64,000 nucleotides of DNA from Rhizodiscina lignyota (Eukaryota). Shown here one piece after another: positions 23,192 through 36,802 of the stretch (position 1 is the stretch's first letter; every line of letters begins with the position of its first letter). Made by a program: the position numbers and the translations under genes. The notes below the pieces were generated by a model. It was not told where the DNA came from. It did no database searches and was given only the letters and a program-made list of their open reading frames with translations. The stretch lies in assembly GCA_010015805.1 (NCBI GenBank), contig ML978122.1:2700453-2764452 (forward strand). The letters are read 5' to 3'.

Positions 23192-23833
23192 CTCAGATTG
23201 TTTGCTGACTGGCCTCTTAGAGAGCGAGAGTCCGTCACGTACTCCGCTTCCGCGATCGTGCCGACGGTGCCGACAGGAAGAAGGGGGAGTTAGTGCAGTA
23301 GCTTGTGAGTGTTGATGGTGGTGGTGGAGGGGGAGAACTTGGGCTTGGCCGCGAGCCTTAACCAACGGTGGGATGATGGCGGACGGGGCATGGTTGGGTA
23401 CGAAGGTATGCCAAAAGTATTCATACAGTAGCAGAGGAAGAGCAGTATTCCCAAATCAAACAATACCTCAAGCAGCCATGCGAACGCAGCAGGAGAATAA
23501 TCACGAAGCACACTTCGCTCATTCCAGGCACCGTGAACAGACGAACCCAACCTCTATCAACGCATGTACATAGAATCTCGGCTTCTGAACCGTTCTCTGC
23601 TCATTCAGAATTGTCAAGTTCTCACATTGCGCCGTGAATGCCATATGTACAAGGACATTATCACCGTTGCAAACCTCTGATGCAACATGCTTCATAAATA
23701 TCATATGTATTGAAAGCCGAGACCGAGAGAGTAGTTGACATAGTAATCTAGACTCTACTCGCTCTGGCCTTCCTCTCCTGGTAAATACATAGTCGTGATA
23801 GTGAACACAGCTCTTATCATAGGTGTATGAGAG

Positions 23834-24112
23834 CTGTAGCGGAGTCTCTCTTCCGCGATAACGAGAAACAAATATCCTGAGGGAGGACTTGTGAGCTACT
23901 CCTCGATAAGCTTGAATCTAAACTCATCGTTTGCGTGCGGGTCCTGTAACAACGTCTCTTTCCGCAATAATAAGAAGCAAACCTCCCAAGGCAGACTAGG
24001 AAACCTACTTCCCGATAAACTCGAACTTGACCTCATAGTCAGCGGATGATACTTGCAACGGGGCCTCTTCTCCGTGACAATGAGAAGCAAATCTTCTAAG
24101 GCAGGCTTGAGA
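23834..24112 (+). repeat. Three tandem degenerate ~110-bp units (third partial)
   Basis: Units start at ~23834, 23944 and 24053, each containing (T/C)TCCG(C/T)(G/A)A(T/C)AA..AGAA.CAAA; related to 13985..14320. Confidence 0.7.
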
Positions 24113-24142
24113 AGGCATCGTGTCTCGCCGGTGTTGTGTTTA

Positions 24143-25544
24143 TCAGAATCCGGCTTGAGAAGGCGGATTATCGTGCGTTTCGAAGTACTCCATCAATTTA
24201 GAAATGAGCTTCGCGTTGATCTGCTAAGATGTCAGTCTCCCAATGCCCCAAACGCCGCCAATCGAGGATACGTACCTCCTCAGCCTCCGTCACCAACTTA
24301 TCCAACTCCTCCGGCTCGTCCGTCTTGAATCTCGCAGCCTCCTTCAAGCCCTCGTATTTCTCTCTAAAGCTCTCCGCCAAACTCTTTGTCTCCTGGTGCT
24401 GCATGCCGAACTGAATCGGGTCCGCGCCCCTGTCGATGTTCTTCTTGAACCCCTTCAGCGCCTTGTCCACGCGCCGCTTGACCTGCCAGAAGCGCTTAAT
24501 CTCCTTCGGATAGTCCGTTTCCTCGTACGGCTTGTTGTACACCGGGTTGTATTGCTCGTCCTTATCGGCGTCCAGAATCTTCAGCCACTCGTAGATATGC
24601 CACTTAAAGTCTGGATGCGGGAAATGGCTCAGCAATATCCCTGGCTTTGCTTCTTGAAGTTGGTAAAAGTATGCATTGAACCACGACCTCGGCACGTATA
24701 TCATCTCCTTCTTGAATTCTTCGTCTTTCTCCGTAAGCCGCGCGAAGATGGACTGCTCTTCGAAGACGTAATCTTCATCCTGGTGGTAGTGCTTGTACGT
24801 CATGGTGCGCGTCATAAGGTTCAGCGACCACTGGCATACGCGGATCATTAGGACGCCAGCGTTCAGGCCGTTCCAGTCGCGGCCGGCGATCCAGTTGATG
24901 TGTGAGAAGTCGGAGGGTGGCTCAAAGATTTCGAGAGGGATTTGCTGGTTCATGACGATGGAGTCGACGTCGAAATAGCTGTGGCACCATCGCATTAGCG
25001 CTCTCGGAAGAAGATGTTAACTGCATCACAGGGGCCCATACAATAACCACTCAACTCGTTCGTCTGCTGGCTTATACAGCTCGTTCAGTAGAACCGTCAT
25101 GATGTACGCGACCTTGTTGAACATTCCATCCGCCGCGTTCTCTCTTGCCATATACAGAGGGTATCCCCACTTCTTCGCATGATCAATGTGCGTCTGCAAC
25201 GCCTTCTCATAGAGGATATCCTCAAATCCACTCGCCACCGCGACCTTTGCAAACCGTGGCTTCTTATCCATCATCGTGGCGTTCGGCTCGATCGTCAGCG
25301 TCCCGTTTCCCAAGGGCATTGTCGTGTTCTCCGGTATTTGGGATCCGCTGAAGTTTGTTGGGACGCTATGGAAGCTAATGACAGAGCTCGACCACGGCAG
25401 GTGCATGCACAGGAGCACGAACGAGGCGAACATAAAGAATGCGACGAGAGGTGAATGCTGCCGGGCAACGATCTCTATTCTTCTCCATGGCGTATGAAAT
25501 CGAGGATCTTGCCAGACAGGCGTTACTGCCGTCCAGCCCATCAT
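24143..25544 (-). CDS. Glycosyltransferase family 34 (GMA12/MNN10 type)
   Basis: Exons 25544..25042, 24978..24276, 24220..24143. N-terminal TM; FNKVAYI, EWLFYFDVD, RDWNGLNAGV..IRVCQWS, EEQS, PRSWFNAY, HFP. Confidence 0.85.
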
Positions 25545-27066
25545 GGGAGCTGGCCCAAGGGCCGGAAGTTGTAGAAGATATCGGGAATTCGTAATGAGTG
25601 AGATGCGCCGATGGTTAGACGTAACGTGATATGGAGATGAATGGTAGTGAACGCGACAGTGCTTTAGTCATTCATGGCGGAAGACCCATCAGAGTTGTCT
25701 TCAATAGATCAAGTCAGATAACTTTTTTCCCTGTCGTCCTGCGGTGCCTCGTTTTGCGATACAAGATCCCGCTGACGCAAGGGACTACAGCAGAGCAAGG
25801 AATGTACCGTCACACGAAATAGTTAAAGTAGGAAGGACCAGACCCTAGACAAAAGACAGAATTGAAACAAAAGGGAAACGAGGATAGCAAAGGGATTGTC
25901 GGTGGGGGAAGATCTCGCCATGAAAATCGCAAACAGGCCAAATTTGTTCCTCAGCGCTGTCCGCGTGGCATCACCATCCTAGTCCGCTTTTGCGGAACAG
26001 TCGTCTTCAACTAGTCGCTACAACGGCAGTAGTGTGCTTCAACGCTGAAGAATACGATCCACTAAATCGCCGTATCTAGAAGGGCCACGGACGGCAGCTT
26101 TTGAAACCTCCTCTTCCTTTCTCTTTCCGGATAAGAGCAGCTGTTTTTAGCAAAGGACGGCGCGACCTGTCGAACGAACGACGCAGAGACACCGGAAACG
26201 ACGCGACGCTAGGATCCGATTTTTTGCTTCATGCCCCACAGACTCTGGGTGACAGATCCAGGCTTCATCCAGCTCTGACTGGCGCTTTCGCCATGTTCCA
26301 TCCCCTGACTTTGTAAAGTGTCTGCATGGCCGAGAGACAGAACGGCGATCGTTTTCCACCCGCCGACGATGTCTCGGCAACGTGCATGATAGGGTCCCCC
26401 CTTTGTCTCTATCCGTGTTATTATGGCCTTCATCGATTCATTCATGCGGTACTGCCCACGAAGATAAGAATAGCCAGTAGCTGAATCGCTGGTGGCGTAA
26501 CACGAAGTCGCACCTGTGATCGCCGCAAGGTTTCGTTGAAGTCGGGGCAAACCCTGGCGCCGATGTCGTACCTTGCATCAGAAGCCGCACTTATTCCCGT
26601 ATCGCATGCTTCCAGAATCGCTGAATGGCTGTGTCGATTTTACGAAGTCATAGCCAAGCCTCATATCCGATCACGAGAGTATTTTTGTATCACAGCCTAG
26701 GGAGCGATGTCTTAAAGAGTTAGAGTAGGCGTCGAGAAGTTTCCTGAGTAATGTAATCAGCCGAGTAACTGATCACCTAGTACTTGCACATGTCTGCTAC
26801 GATGGTCTGGAATAATTACATTGCGTGTAGCGCATAGTTTATAATATTCTACAATCATGCTACAATCATCAGACTTAGTAACGTAGAAATGTATGACCAC
26901 CCTCATCTATCCAGTGGGTATCACAATGAAGACAATGAACCCAACGCCATGCACCGTCCTTCCTTGAGCGCCATAAATCTTAGAGCACGTGCCTTACCCA
27001 GGCGTCGAAAAGCCCTTTCTGAAACTGCTACAACGCCGTTAGCCTATCCCGCAGCGCTGAAAGTCT

Positions 27067-28941
27067 CTACCAATTCCATGTTCTGGAGCTTGCGGTAAAT
27101 ACCGGTGGCTTCCAGATCAACTTGTCAGCATCAAGTTGGTGCTTTGGCTTTGCCTTCTCTTTCTCCTTCTGCTTGTTGTACTTCTCGACGACGGCGTTGG
27201 GCAGTACGATGACGTACTGGTTTTTCTGAATATCGTCAGATTCGGGCACTAATTGGATTGCTCCGTAATACGTCTTCCGGACAGTCCTGGGAAAGACGTG
27301 CCAAGTTAACGTAGAGCATAAAAATTTCAACTTACCGAGTACCTCAGCATTCCTAAGAACGATAATGTGTGGATGATGTCGTTGGTCTGCATCGCAGTTT
27401 GCGCTGCAAGGTCGTCGATGTTGACGTCAGTGCGATCAGGTTGGAGGATGAGATCAAGAAGGATTTCCTGCCAGTACGCGCGATAACCAAGCAGACCGAG
27501 ATCGCTAAGGGGTTTCTCTGGGCTGCCCAGCTTGCTCTCGCGTTTCGAAAGCTCATAGGAGAAGGCCATCAAAAGTCTACCAAAGCCCTTGCGCTGGTGC
27601 TGCGGAAGCGTAAGGATACATGCGACGTTGTAATTGTCCGCTGATTCTTTCTCCTTGGAAAAGTATCCGACAAGATGGCAGCCTCGGTCGTCTCGTACGC
27701 ACATGCAGTAGAACAGGAAAGGATCCACGTCATAGTAGAGCGTCTTGTGATCCAGGAATAGCTTGCTGAGCAGACATAAATTTCTGCACCATGTCCTCTG
27801 TCGTCGGCCGTCAATCTCAAAGAAGCTGACGTAATCATCGCGGTAGATTTCGTTTCCTGGAGGGTGGAGAAGTGTGCACTTCAAACGATGGCGCTCAAAC
27901 TGTTTCAGCTCGCCAAAGTAGCCCAGGCAAAACTCGCAGATGTAAACTACGTCAACATCATTGAACTCTTGTGGGTATGGTGAGAAGTACCATGGCTCAA
28001 TCTCATGCTTGCCCATCTGTATTCGAGTGAGATTGCGGACTCGGTTGACTTCCGCTTGATTTTGTGTCATGGAACCAGACGTTCGCAGCTTCTCACGCTC
28101 TTCCTCGACCGTTTTCTCTTCGTTGTTGCCAATTTTTGCCGAATTTACGGCATCAGCAATGTCGATGATATCCATGGCATCGCCATCCTCTGGCAAGGGG
28201 GTGCCTTCGTCATCGAGGGCGAAAGACACCTCTCGATTCTCTTTGCCACCAGCACGCGATGGCCTTTGGGTCTTGTTTGGTAAACTTGAAGCTTCTGAGG
28301 GTGCATTTGAGTCTTCTCTCTTCAGTTGCTCTGTCTTCATCTTCTTGTTCTTATCCTTCTGGCTCTTCGTGTCGGCTTTGGATGTGGCCTTGTTGCCTGA
28401 CTGGCCGCCTGACTTCTTCTTGTCTGGCTTTTCTGGTAGTGGCCACTCAACTTCTCGGGACAAGTCGACGCGCTCCTGCTTGACCCATTCGTCCAAACGC
28501 TTGTTAAACTCGTCGTAATGCACATAGTAATTAGGTTTTCCTTTGCGAGTCTGAATGGCCAGAATTTCTGCTTTTCGATATTCGCCATCCTAATCAAAGT
28601 GAGCAAGAATCATATTGGTTGGAGGAGAAAGTGGTGGCAGCGAACAGCCATGAGACCCTCATTGACATATGGGTGGGCTTTGAGGCGTCTCGAGGGCGAA
28701 ATGACCCTGCCCTGTCGCAGTCTCCAAGATGCGAGCAAAATATTGAAAACTGCTCACCTTTTCAACCATAGCCTTCACGCCGACGCTGTGTCTGTACGTT
28801 AGCAGGCTGCTCCTCAAATGATCATTGTAGCACAGCGTTGCGCTGGTTCTCATACCTCAACGTATCGAAGGTGGCGAAACCCTTCACTCGGGGCTCCTCA
28901 GCCTCCGCAGAGGCCTCATCTTCTTTGTCACGGGGAGCCAT
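27067..28941 (-). CDS. ESA1: MYST-family histone acetyltransferase Esa1 (NuA4 catalytic subunit)
   Basis: Four exons: 28941..28856, a short exon ending 28758, 28589..27336, 27225..27067. Chromo-barrel [62 protein letters not shown]. Confidence 0.95.
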
Positions 28942-29315
28942 GATGCAAAGTAGATGCTGACGAAATTTGGCGATGAAAACTATGGAATCGAATTGTTGTT
29001 GTCGCTCGAAGTTGGTTGTCTTGATGACGGCGCTTAAAGCTTTGCGACCGGTGGGTTTGTCTTTCAGCGTGGGGAAGGGTCGGGGTGGCACTAGCTACCT
29101 AAAATTTATGTCACCAAAATTTCTAGTGGCCTTCTTGATCGCTCACCCTCGACAAAACAAAGGACCACGATTCACGATCTGTTCGCTTCTCAAAAGAGTG
29201 CAATTCGAACCTCGAAATTCCTAATATTTTCCGCGGCCTCACGTCCTACCGAGACTTCACCAAGGCCGTCGCATTCATCTCTACACACTCCAACACCATG
29301 ACGAGGTAGCAAGCG

Positions 29316-30344
29316 ATGGAGCCAAGCAAACTTTCCAGCAATTGGAAAGCATTGCAAAAGAAGCTCCAGAAAGAGAAGCCTAGCAGCACACAATCAGCAT
29401 CGCTCAAGCGTAAAGCACGGGACGAAGACACACAAACCCAACCTCACAAAAAGCCGAAGCTTGCTGGCAAAACCAAGCCCACAGTATCAGTGACAAGGAC
29501 ACAAGTTAAGAGCAAGAGGAGGCATATGGCAGGGGAGATCAATGGCTCTCGTGCACGATCCATCAGCGCTCCTTCGAAGCCTTCAAAAGACATACAGACA
29601 CGATCATCACTTAAGTCATATGCCTCAACAGCAGACCTGAAATCGACAAATGGAAACGTCGACGCTCACATCAACGAAGGGAACTCCTCTATATCAGTCG
29701 CAGGAAAGTACATCGCACTTGACTGCGAAATGGTCGGCATTGGTCCTCCTCCCCATGATTCATCCCAGCTCGCACGTGTCTCTCTCGTCAACTTCCACGG
29801 CGACCAAATCTATGACTCCTTCGTGCTGCCCAAACTCCCCGTCACAGACTACCGCACGCACGTGTCTGGCATCACACCTGCCCTCCTCACGCAAGGACGG
29901 ACATTCGAAGAAGTGCAAACGGACGTCGCGACGCTCCTACAAGGAAGGGTTCTGGTGGGGCATGCGATCAAGAATGACCTCACAGTCTTGATGCTAGGAC
30001 ATCCAAGGAAAGACATTAGAGACACGAGCAGGCATAAGCCGTTCAGGGAGACGTATAGCAACGGCGGGACGCCGAGTTTGCGGGTGCTGGCGCAGTCGAT
30101 GCTTGGGTGGGAGGAGTTTCAGAAGGGGAAGCATAGCAGTATTGAGGATGCGAGGGCTGCCATGATGCTATTCAAGAGGGAGAAAGAGGGGTTTGATGGC
30201 GAGGCAATGAGGAAGTTTGGGTCCCAGAAGCATATGTCAGGTGCGAGCAATGGAGTTGAAGAAGCAGATGATGGTGCAAACAGCACAGGAGACACAGTTG
30301 CTGTTAAGAGCAAGAAAAAGAAGAAAAAGAAAAAGAGGAAGTAG
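29316..30344 (+). CDS. REX4: RNA exonuclease 4 (DEDDh)
   Basis: N-terminal LSSNWKALQKKL; IALDCEMVG, ARVSLVNF, DYRTHVSGI, LVGHAIKND, IRDTS, HSSIEDARAAM; poly-Lys tail. Confidence 0.92.
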   Translation: MEPSKLSSNWKALQKKLQKEKPSSTQSASLKRKARDEDTQTQPHKKPKLAGKTKPTVSVTRTQVKSKRRHMAGEINGSRARSISAPSKPSKDIQTRSSLKSYASTADLKSTNGNVDAHINEGNSSISVAGKYIALDCEMVGIGPPPHDSSQLARVSLVNFHGDQIYDSFVLPKLPVTDYRTHVSGITPALLTQGRTFEEVQTDVATLLQGRVLVGHAIKNDLTVLMLGHPRKDIRDTSRHKPFRETYSNGGTPSLRVLAQSMLGWEEFQKGKHSSIEDARAAMMLFKREKEGFDGEAMRKFGSQKHMSGASNGVEEADDGANSTGDTVAVKSKKKKKKKKRK

Positions 30345-30979
30345 TCATGTCATTCTCTCTAGATACAACTACCCGAGCTCAACGATCGTCTCCGGCACAA
30401 AGTTGATGCAATACATCGAGAACAATGTCATATTCCTCAACTAGGTCAACTACTTCCCTCCGAAGATCGGTGCCATCGTGGGCCCTCACTTTAACCTCAG
30501 CGACGATAGAGAAACTACTCACACGGAAGCGATGATGAGGTACACATCTCGAGTATACCATGGTGGCGATCCGGCCTGTCATGACCTTGCTACCTTAGCA
30601 AAAGCCCGGCGAGAAGACAAATATGATAAGGACGAAGACGAGGATGAGACTGGTAACGACTATGCTAGTGGGAAAGACTATTACGCGATCCTTGTCCTTG
30701 CGTTACTCAACAATCTATCAACGAATGATGCTGAGGACTTGCTCGGATGCAACGAAGCGCGGTATCCAAGCCGCTAATACAACCTATACAGATGCTATAG
30801 AACGGCCGAAAGAGCAGCCTGTGGATGTAGAACTTATCTCTATCTAGCGAGCCAAAGGCTATTGCACATTCATCATCCTTCGTGTCACCTTGTTCGATTT
30901 TTCCTTTGAAGTCACTAAGATTGTGAGACGGCGTAGCGCGATAAATCCCAAAATTGCATCCCACTTAAGCAAACCATGT

Positions 30980-32271
30980 TCAAAACTCCATATCCTTCCC
31001 CCCTGCCTGCCCTCCCTGCGCCTCCGTATCGCCCTCCACTGGCGGCAAATTAAACGCCCGTATCAAAAACTTCCTCCGACTAACCACAAAGCAAAGATCA
31101 TCCCCCCCTTCAGCAACACCCTTCCCCTCTCCTCCGCCCCTCTCCGTAAACACTGGCAGCGCATGCACCCGCACCATCCCCTGCGGTTTCTCCTCCTCCT
31201 TGCTACCCGGCCGTGTCGCGGTGCTAGCGTCGAAAGTATGCGGGAAGGGTTGCAGCTCGGCCACTCCGTCGACGAGGCGCTCGATCCAGCGCGTCAGGCC
31301 GGTGGAGCGGGGATGTAAGGATAAGGGGAGGGAGAGCATTGCGGTGAGGCGGCTGGTGTGTAGGCGGAGGAGGGCACGGAGGGAGTGGAGGAAGCGGAGG
31401 ATGTGATCGGGGGAGGGGGAGTGGGCAGGGTAGTAGGCGGGTGAGAGGAGGGAAGGAATGATGAGGCGGTGAAGAGTGTCTGGTTGGGAGTTTGAGATGG
31501 AGGATTGGAGCGAGGTGATGATGGGATCGAAGGGTGATGATGTTGGTGTTGGAGAGAGGGGGATGTAGTTGATTTGTTTTGCGGCTGGGGGAAAGTCGAG
31601 ACGTTTGGTGAAATCGAAAGTATGGCAGAAGTGTTCCGCGGGTGGAGGAGTGCTGTCCTTCGTGTCGGTGGCATCTCCGGGCTGAGGCTGAATCCTAGAC
31701 GGAATAGGTGCTGATGAGAGACATTAGTAGATGCAGGTTCCTCAAATGATACTTGTTTGAACACGAGATTGAATGATATTGAGCTAGTATACAGGATTAT
31801 CCGGGAACAGATGTGGCCCCAAAACTTACCTCGCTCGCCATGTGAACCTAGTCTCTCATACCTCCAGGCAATCTTCATCTTCTCTTGATCACTCTGCGAA
31901 GGTGATGTCTGTTTCTGGCCATCTGAAATACTCTCGCCAATGGCGCCAGGTAACTCTCTTCCCCAGCGGTCACCCACACCAACTAGATGGACTTGGTGGC
32001 CTTGCAGGATGCCTTCAGCCGCGAAACATCGTAGGAGCGCGCTTGCATAATCCGTGGTCCCTGTCTCTTCGATTAAGAGGGAAGTGCCCAGAGATAGACC
32101 TGCATTTGCAGCGAGTAGCGCGTCAAGCGACGAACATCCGGTTGATGTGGTGGGTTGGCCTGTGATAGGAGACGGACGTATCCCAGGTGCTGAAGTGCCC
32201 GGCGATCCCGTTGAAACTGCAGACGTTCGATTTGCTCGACCAAGGGGAACACTACGTTTACTGAATGACAT
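30980..32271 (-). CDS. ELP4: Elongator complex subunit 4 (PAXNEB)
   Basis: Exons 32271..31830 and 31710..30980. GIRPSP..GQPTTSTG..SLD.LL, LLIEETGTTDY, FAAEG, MKIAWRYE, FCHTFD.TKRL, FNLPPVEGD. Confidence 0.9.
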
Positions 32272-32696
32272 CCTAGCTCTTTCTTAAAGGATTTTCCAGT
32301 TGCAAAAGGGTCGTCAAAATATTCTTCGGTGGGGCCTCAACTTGACTCCCATGGATTATTTTGCAACGGTGCCAGCATTGTGACAGGATCATCCGATTTC
32401 AGCACATGAGCAAATGACGTACCAGTCCGCGGAATGAAAATAAGAATGAGTTATGCTTCGATATGCTTTGTTTTCATTGTTCATGCAGGATATGACATCG
32501 GACGAACCAGGTTGACGGAAGCGACACCGCCGCGTCTTGGCAGTCCCGCTCCCGAACCTTGAATTGGAGAGCCTCATCAAAGCTCACCATCAAGACTCAG
32601 AGCTCCTCATCGAGCCAACAACTCATCTCCACTCCACTCCGGCCGGTCCATCTCCTGACGTCGCTATCCTCACTCGGCGAGCGCCAACGAGCCACA

Positions 32697-33159
32697 ATGC
32701 CGTTCCTAAGACCTCAACAACCCGTCCAGGCCGCGCGCCTCCTCGCCCGCACGTCCACAGCGAACGCACAACGCACCTTCACCTCGGCAGCATCGAGACA
32801 AGCGGCAAGCTCACATGAGGAGGATCACTATGACCCACCAACTGGGTGGTTGTGGGGCATACCGCCAGGGCAGAAGTACGAGAAGGAGGGCTGGGAAGGC
32901 CTGATGTACTATGGCTTTGTGGGAAGCTTGATCTTGGCGGGCGTTGCATACGCATTCAAACCAGACACAAGGTATGATTGGCACCGTGTCTCAAGTTCGG
33001 CGACCTCGGGATCTGTGACCCCAGGAGTCGAAGGGTTCCCTAGTCGGTTATGGCGGATGCTAACATCAGGACAGCATACAAACATGGGCACTCGAGGAGG
33101 CGCGGAGACGATTGGAGAAGGAGGGCATCTTGGCCGACCCCGACGACGAGAAGAAGTGA
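32697..33159 (+). CDS. Mitochondrial complex I ESSS subunit (NDUFB11 homologue)
   Basis: Exons 32697..32971 and 33075..33159. Presequence, then YDPPTGWLWG..PGQKYEKEGWE, TM, KPDTSIQTWALEEARRRLEKEG. Confidence 0.88.
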
Positions 33160-34606
33160 TCTGTCAGCGCGGCAACATTTCCTTTGTTACGGACTGGCAG
33201 AGATAGAGTGGGAGAAAGGGTGAGCTGCGCTTGCTTCGTCGCTCGGATTGGCATGGTCCCATAATGAAGATCGAGATGCCCTTCTGACACTTGTACATAC
33301 TTCATTGGGAAGGCAGCGCTAGTGCTTCTGGTTATCTAGACAGCGGAGCAGTCGGAATTGATGTTATTTTGCTCAGTACAGCTATTCCGTAACCGGTACG
33401 GCTCTCGTCTCTCGGGAGTCGGCCTTTGTGTGTCGCGATCAGTGAGCAACAATAGACCGTCAAGAGCTGGAATCCTTATCAATCATCGGACATGTTTCTA
33501 CACCGCACCGAGAGAAGAAGTATTCGAAAGCCCCATGTGGTAGTACCTGGTACCCTGTTCTGATTGGCTGGCTTATGATGACTTAAGCTGCTAAAGTTTG
33601 GGGCAGACGTTATAGTGTCGGGGTAGTTTGGACTCCACAGAAAGCTGTTCAGTGAGAGAGATGACTAAAAGCTGACTTGTGAGACATTAAATCACACTGA
33701 AATAGACAGTTCAAGTACGAAGGTAGCTATTTCATCTGAGAAATCTATATATGGAAACTGTACTTGATATTCAGACGCCCAGCGAGTGGAGGTTTCAGAC
33801 AGCCTGAATCGACATTATAACTTAACAGTCCACCTTGCCAGAACCAGATCGGCAGGTTCCACCCCTTCTTCTCACTACCACGCCCTTTTGCATGAAGGGA
33901 TGCCAGACCTGGTGAAAGCTTATTGCGATGATGATTCTCGGAAAATAAGAACTAGCTAATATACTGCTGACATCGATCGTCCCATCTTCGCAGAAGGACG
34001 ACGGAAGGAGCACTTCGACCAGAACCCTTGCGGTATCGGAAATGCTCTTCGTGTCCAAAAGCATGCTGGTCTGGAACCTGGCGGAATCTCAGGCATGCTC
34101 ATTGGAGAGCAAGGAGTTGTCTTTACTCGGCGGCTGTGGATTAAGAGATACGAGTTGAGTAATGCCATGCTGACCTTGGAGATTCAGTGGCACGCGCACA
34201 GCGATTATCGAAGGGAGAATCAGTACTTCCTCCCTACTCGTACGCGTGGTGTCGATAAGCGACCAGTCGATTTCTTCCAAGTTCCGTTCTATTTGCCTCT
34301 TTTCATAGCCTGTATACGCCAGCTCTGTAAGAGTTGCGCGAAGTTTCCAAATCTTACTTAGCGGGTAGTGGCCATGATGAGGTGCTATTGCGTGACAAAG
34401 CGCAAAGCACCTGCCATACCGCTTCTTTCAACCCCAAGCATCACCATGGGAAGGCACGCGTTTCAAATGTGCTCACATGTAGAGCCGGTGTATATATACC
34501 TGTGGACCTGGATCTAAGTGAGAATGGCGTGCTTTTTCATCCTGCTTAAGAACTTCCCTTTCGGTACTCCATTTCACTCAAAGAATCCACTCCAGCTTGA
34601 CTAGTC

Positions 34607-35919
34607 ATGGCGCCACATCTTGAAGAGCCAATTCCCATCCTTGACTCTCATATTCCCGTTAATGGAATCAATGGGACAAAGAAGCAGCAGCAGGCTTCTG
34701 TACTGAACTACGTGCCTGGCCGAACGGTTACCGAGTCTCACGAGGACTATGCCTACCATGACCTTCGTCCGTCATTCCCCGATATCAAACTCGAGGCGTT
34801 GACAGAGAAGCCGTATGTGGACAAAGGTCTTGAGGGCGACCCACAGTTCCGTAACCTCCTTGCTTCTGCGACGGACGTCTTCGATTACACGCCAAAGATC
34901 GGCACAGAGGTCTCGGGTGTTCGTCTTACTCAGCTCAACGATGCTCAGAAGAATGATCTTGCTCGGCTCATAGCCACCCGCGGCGTCGTCTTTTTCCGCA
35001 GCCAGGAGGATTTTGACATTGAAGCGCAGCTTGAGCTGGGAAGGTATTTCGGCCGCTTGCACCCTCATGCCACCTCAGCAGTTCCGAAGCGTGAGGGACT
35101 GGAGGAGGTGCTGGTGGTGTGGAAAGGGGATGGGTCTCAGGACATGAGAGCCATGTTCGCGCCAACCTTCCTGTGGCATTCCGATGTAAGCATGTCCCTC
35201 ACCTTGCACTACAAGTATACTAACATTGCTCAGGTCTCGTATGAAGTGCAGCCGCCTTCGTACACTTCTCTTCGTCTTCTCACTGGTCCACCGCGTGGTG
35301 GCGGAGGTGACACTCACTGGTCATCGCAGTATGCCGCTTACGACGTGCTATCGCCATCCATGCAGAAGTATCTTGAAGGCCTGACAGCTCTGCACACTTC
35401 CGAGATGCAGGACAGCGGCACTCGCGCCCTTGGCCGCTCCGTCCGTCGAGATAGTATCGAAACGGAGCACCCACTCATCCGCGTCAATCCCGTCACAGGT
35501 TGGAAGAGCCTGTATTACAACCCTGGCTTCGTCACAGCGATTGTCGGTGTGCCGAAGCTCGAGAGCGACCACATCATGGCGTACTTGAACGAGGTGATTG
35601 CTACGACGCAGGAGAATCATTGCCGCTTCCAGTGGGGAAAGTACGACATCGCATTGTGGGATAATCGGGTCTGCGTAAGTCCTTCGAACTGACATGATCG
35701 CTGAAAGCTTTATGATTAGCAGTGCTAATGATGGATCAGAATCATACCGCATCGTTTGGCTTTACACCGCATCGTCGCCATGCTACACGCGTGACCGTGC
35801 ATGGTGAGCGCCCGTACTTCGATGTCGGTGGCCAATCTCAGGAGGAAGAATACAACGAAAAGTACGGATTGCCTCCCGTGGATAAGAACGGAGCTGGTCC
35901 GAAGAACTACAATGACTGA
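34607..35919 (+). CDS. TauD/TfdA alpha-ketoglutarate-dependent (sulfonate) dioxygenase
   Basis: Exons 34607..35185, 35234..35674, 35740..35919. TPKIGTEVSG, RGVVFFR, WHSDVSYE.QPP (HxD), GGDT, HPLIRVNPVTG, WDNRVCNHTA. Confidence 0.92.
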
Positions 35920-36753
35920 GCATAACTGCCATGTGGTGTGGGCAAGAATGTTGAGTATGACTTGGAAATGTAGAAATGGATCAGAGCGTTCGAGCGTAAA
36001 CAAAACATTCACGAAAGTAAGTGGTGTGATGTGAGATAGGGGCCTGCGTCATTCCCGCCTATTGTGCGGGGACGCTATTTCTCTTACTTACCCATATATT
36101 CAAATTTCAGATGTCTGCAATCGTTCAATGACCTGCCGCAGCCATATGGTGTTGAGTCCCGTGACATAGGGGCTCCTCCTGTCATGTTTTACTATTTCTT
36201 ATGTGCGTGCATGTTTGTTTGCTCGTTTGCGTCGCGGAAGCCAGGGGCTGGTAGGTTTTCCCAAAACGCTGCGCTGCTAGTGTTAAGTAGCCGCCCAGTA
36301 CCAACCCCTTCCCACCAGCCTCAAGCTAAGAATATCGGGAGGCTAGTCTTGAAACATAGTAACGAGGCTGGTGCATTAGTCTCTTTTCATAATTTAGATG
36401 GCTACGGAGGTGGTTGGTGATCGACCTTTTGGGAAAACCTATCAATTTGGGCGAAGGGGCGGAGCAGGACGTCGGCGAGGCGACAAAGGGACGACGGCAG
36501 ACTTTGAGGGGGTTTCTAAAGTATCAGCGTGCGCGCAGCCTTGCATAATAGCTCTTTTAATAATCAACGTGTACAAGGGATCTCCTTGGCCTATCCCACT
36601 CATTTCTTGGGCATCGCTGAACGCAGGTCACAATGCCGGGGATGCGATACCAAGTGAGGGCGAGAGACAGGAAGGTGCTCTGAGGCATCGGTGTGTGTAC
36701 GGCCATAGTATAATAGTTCTTCTTGATATTCCTAGACTCCAATATGTACAATG

Positions 36754-36756
<3 letters not shown>

Positions 36757-36784
<28 letters not shown>
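36757..36784. repeat. (CT)14 microsatellite just 3' of the NDUFS4 stop
   Basis: Perfect CT run. Confidence 0.9.
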
Positions 36785-36787
<3 letters not shown>

Positions 36788-36802
36788 CTCCACCTCGGTC
36801 GC

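Noticed and set aside
29095..29235. AAAATTT (RRPE-like) words upstream of REX4
   Set aside because: Plausible for a ribosome-biogenesis gene but too short and degenerate to call without conservation data.
30478..30890. KDYYAIL resembling a J-domain start
   Set aside because: No HPD motif or continuous frame; the match is too short.
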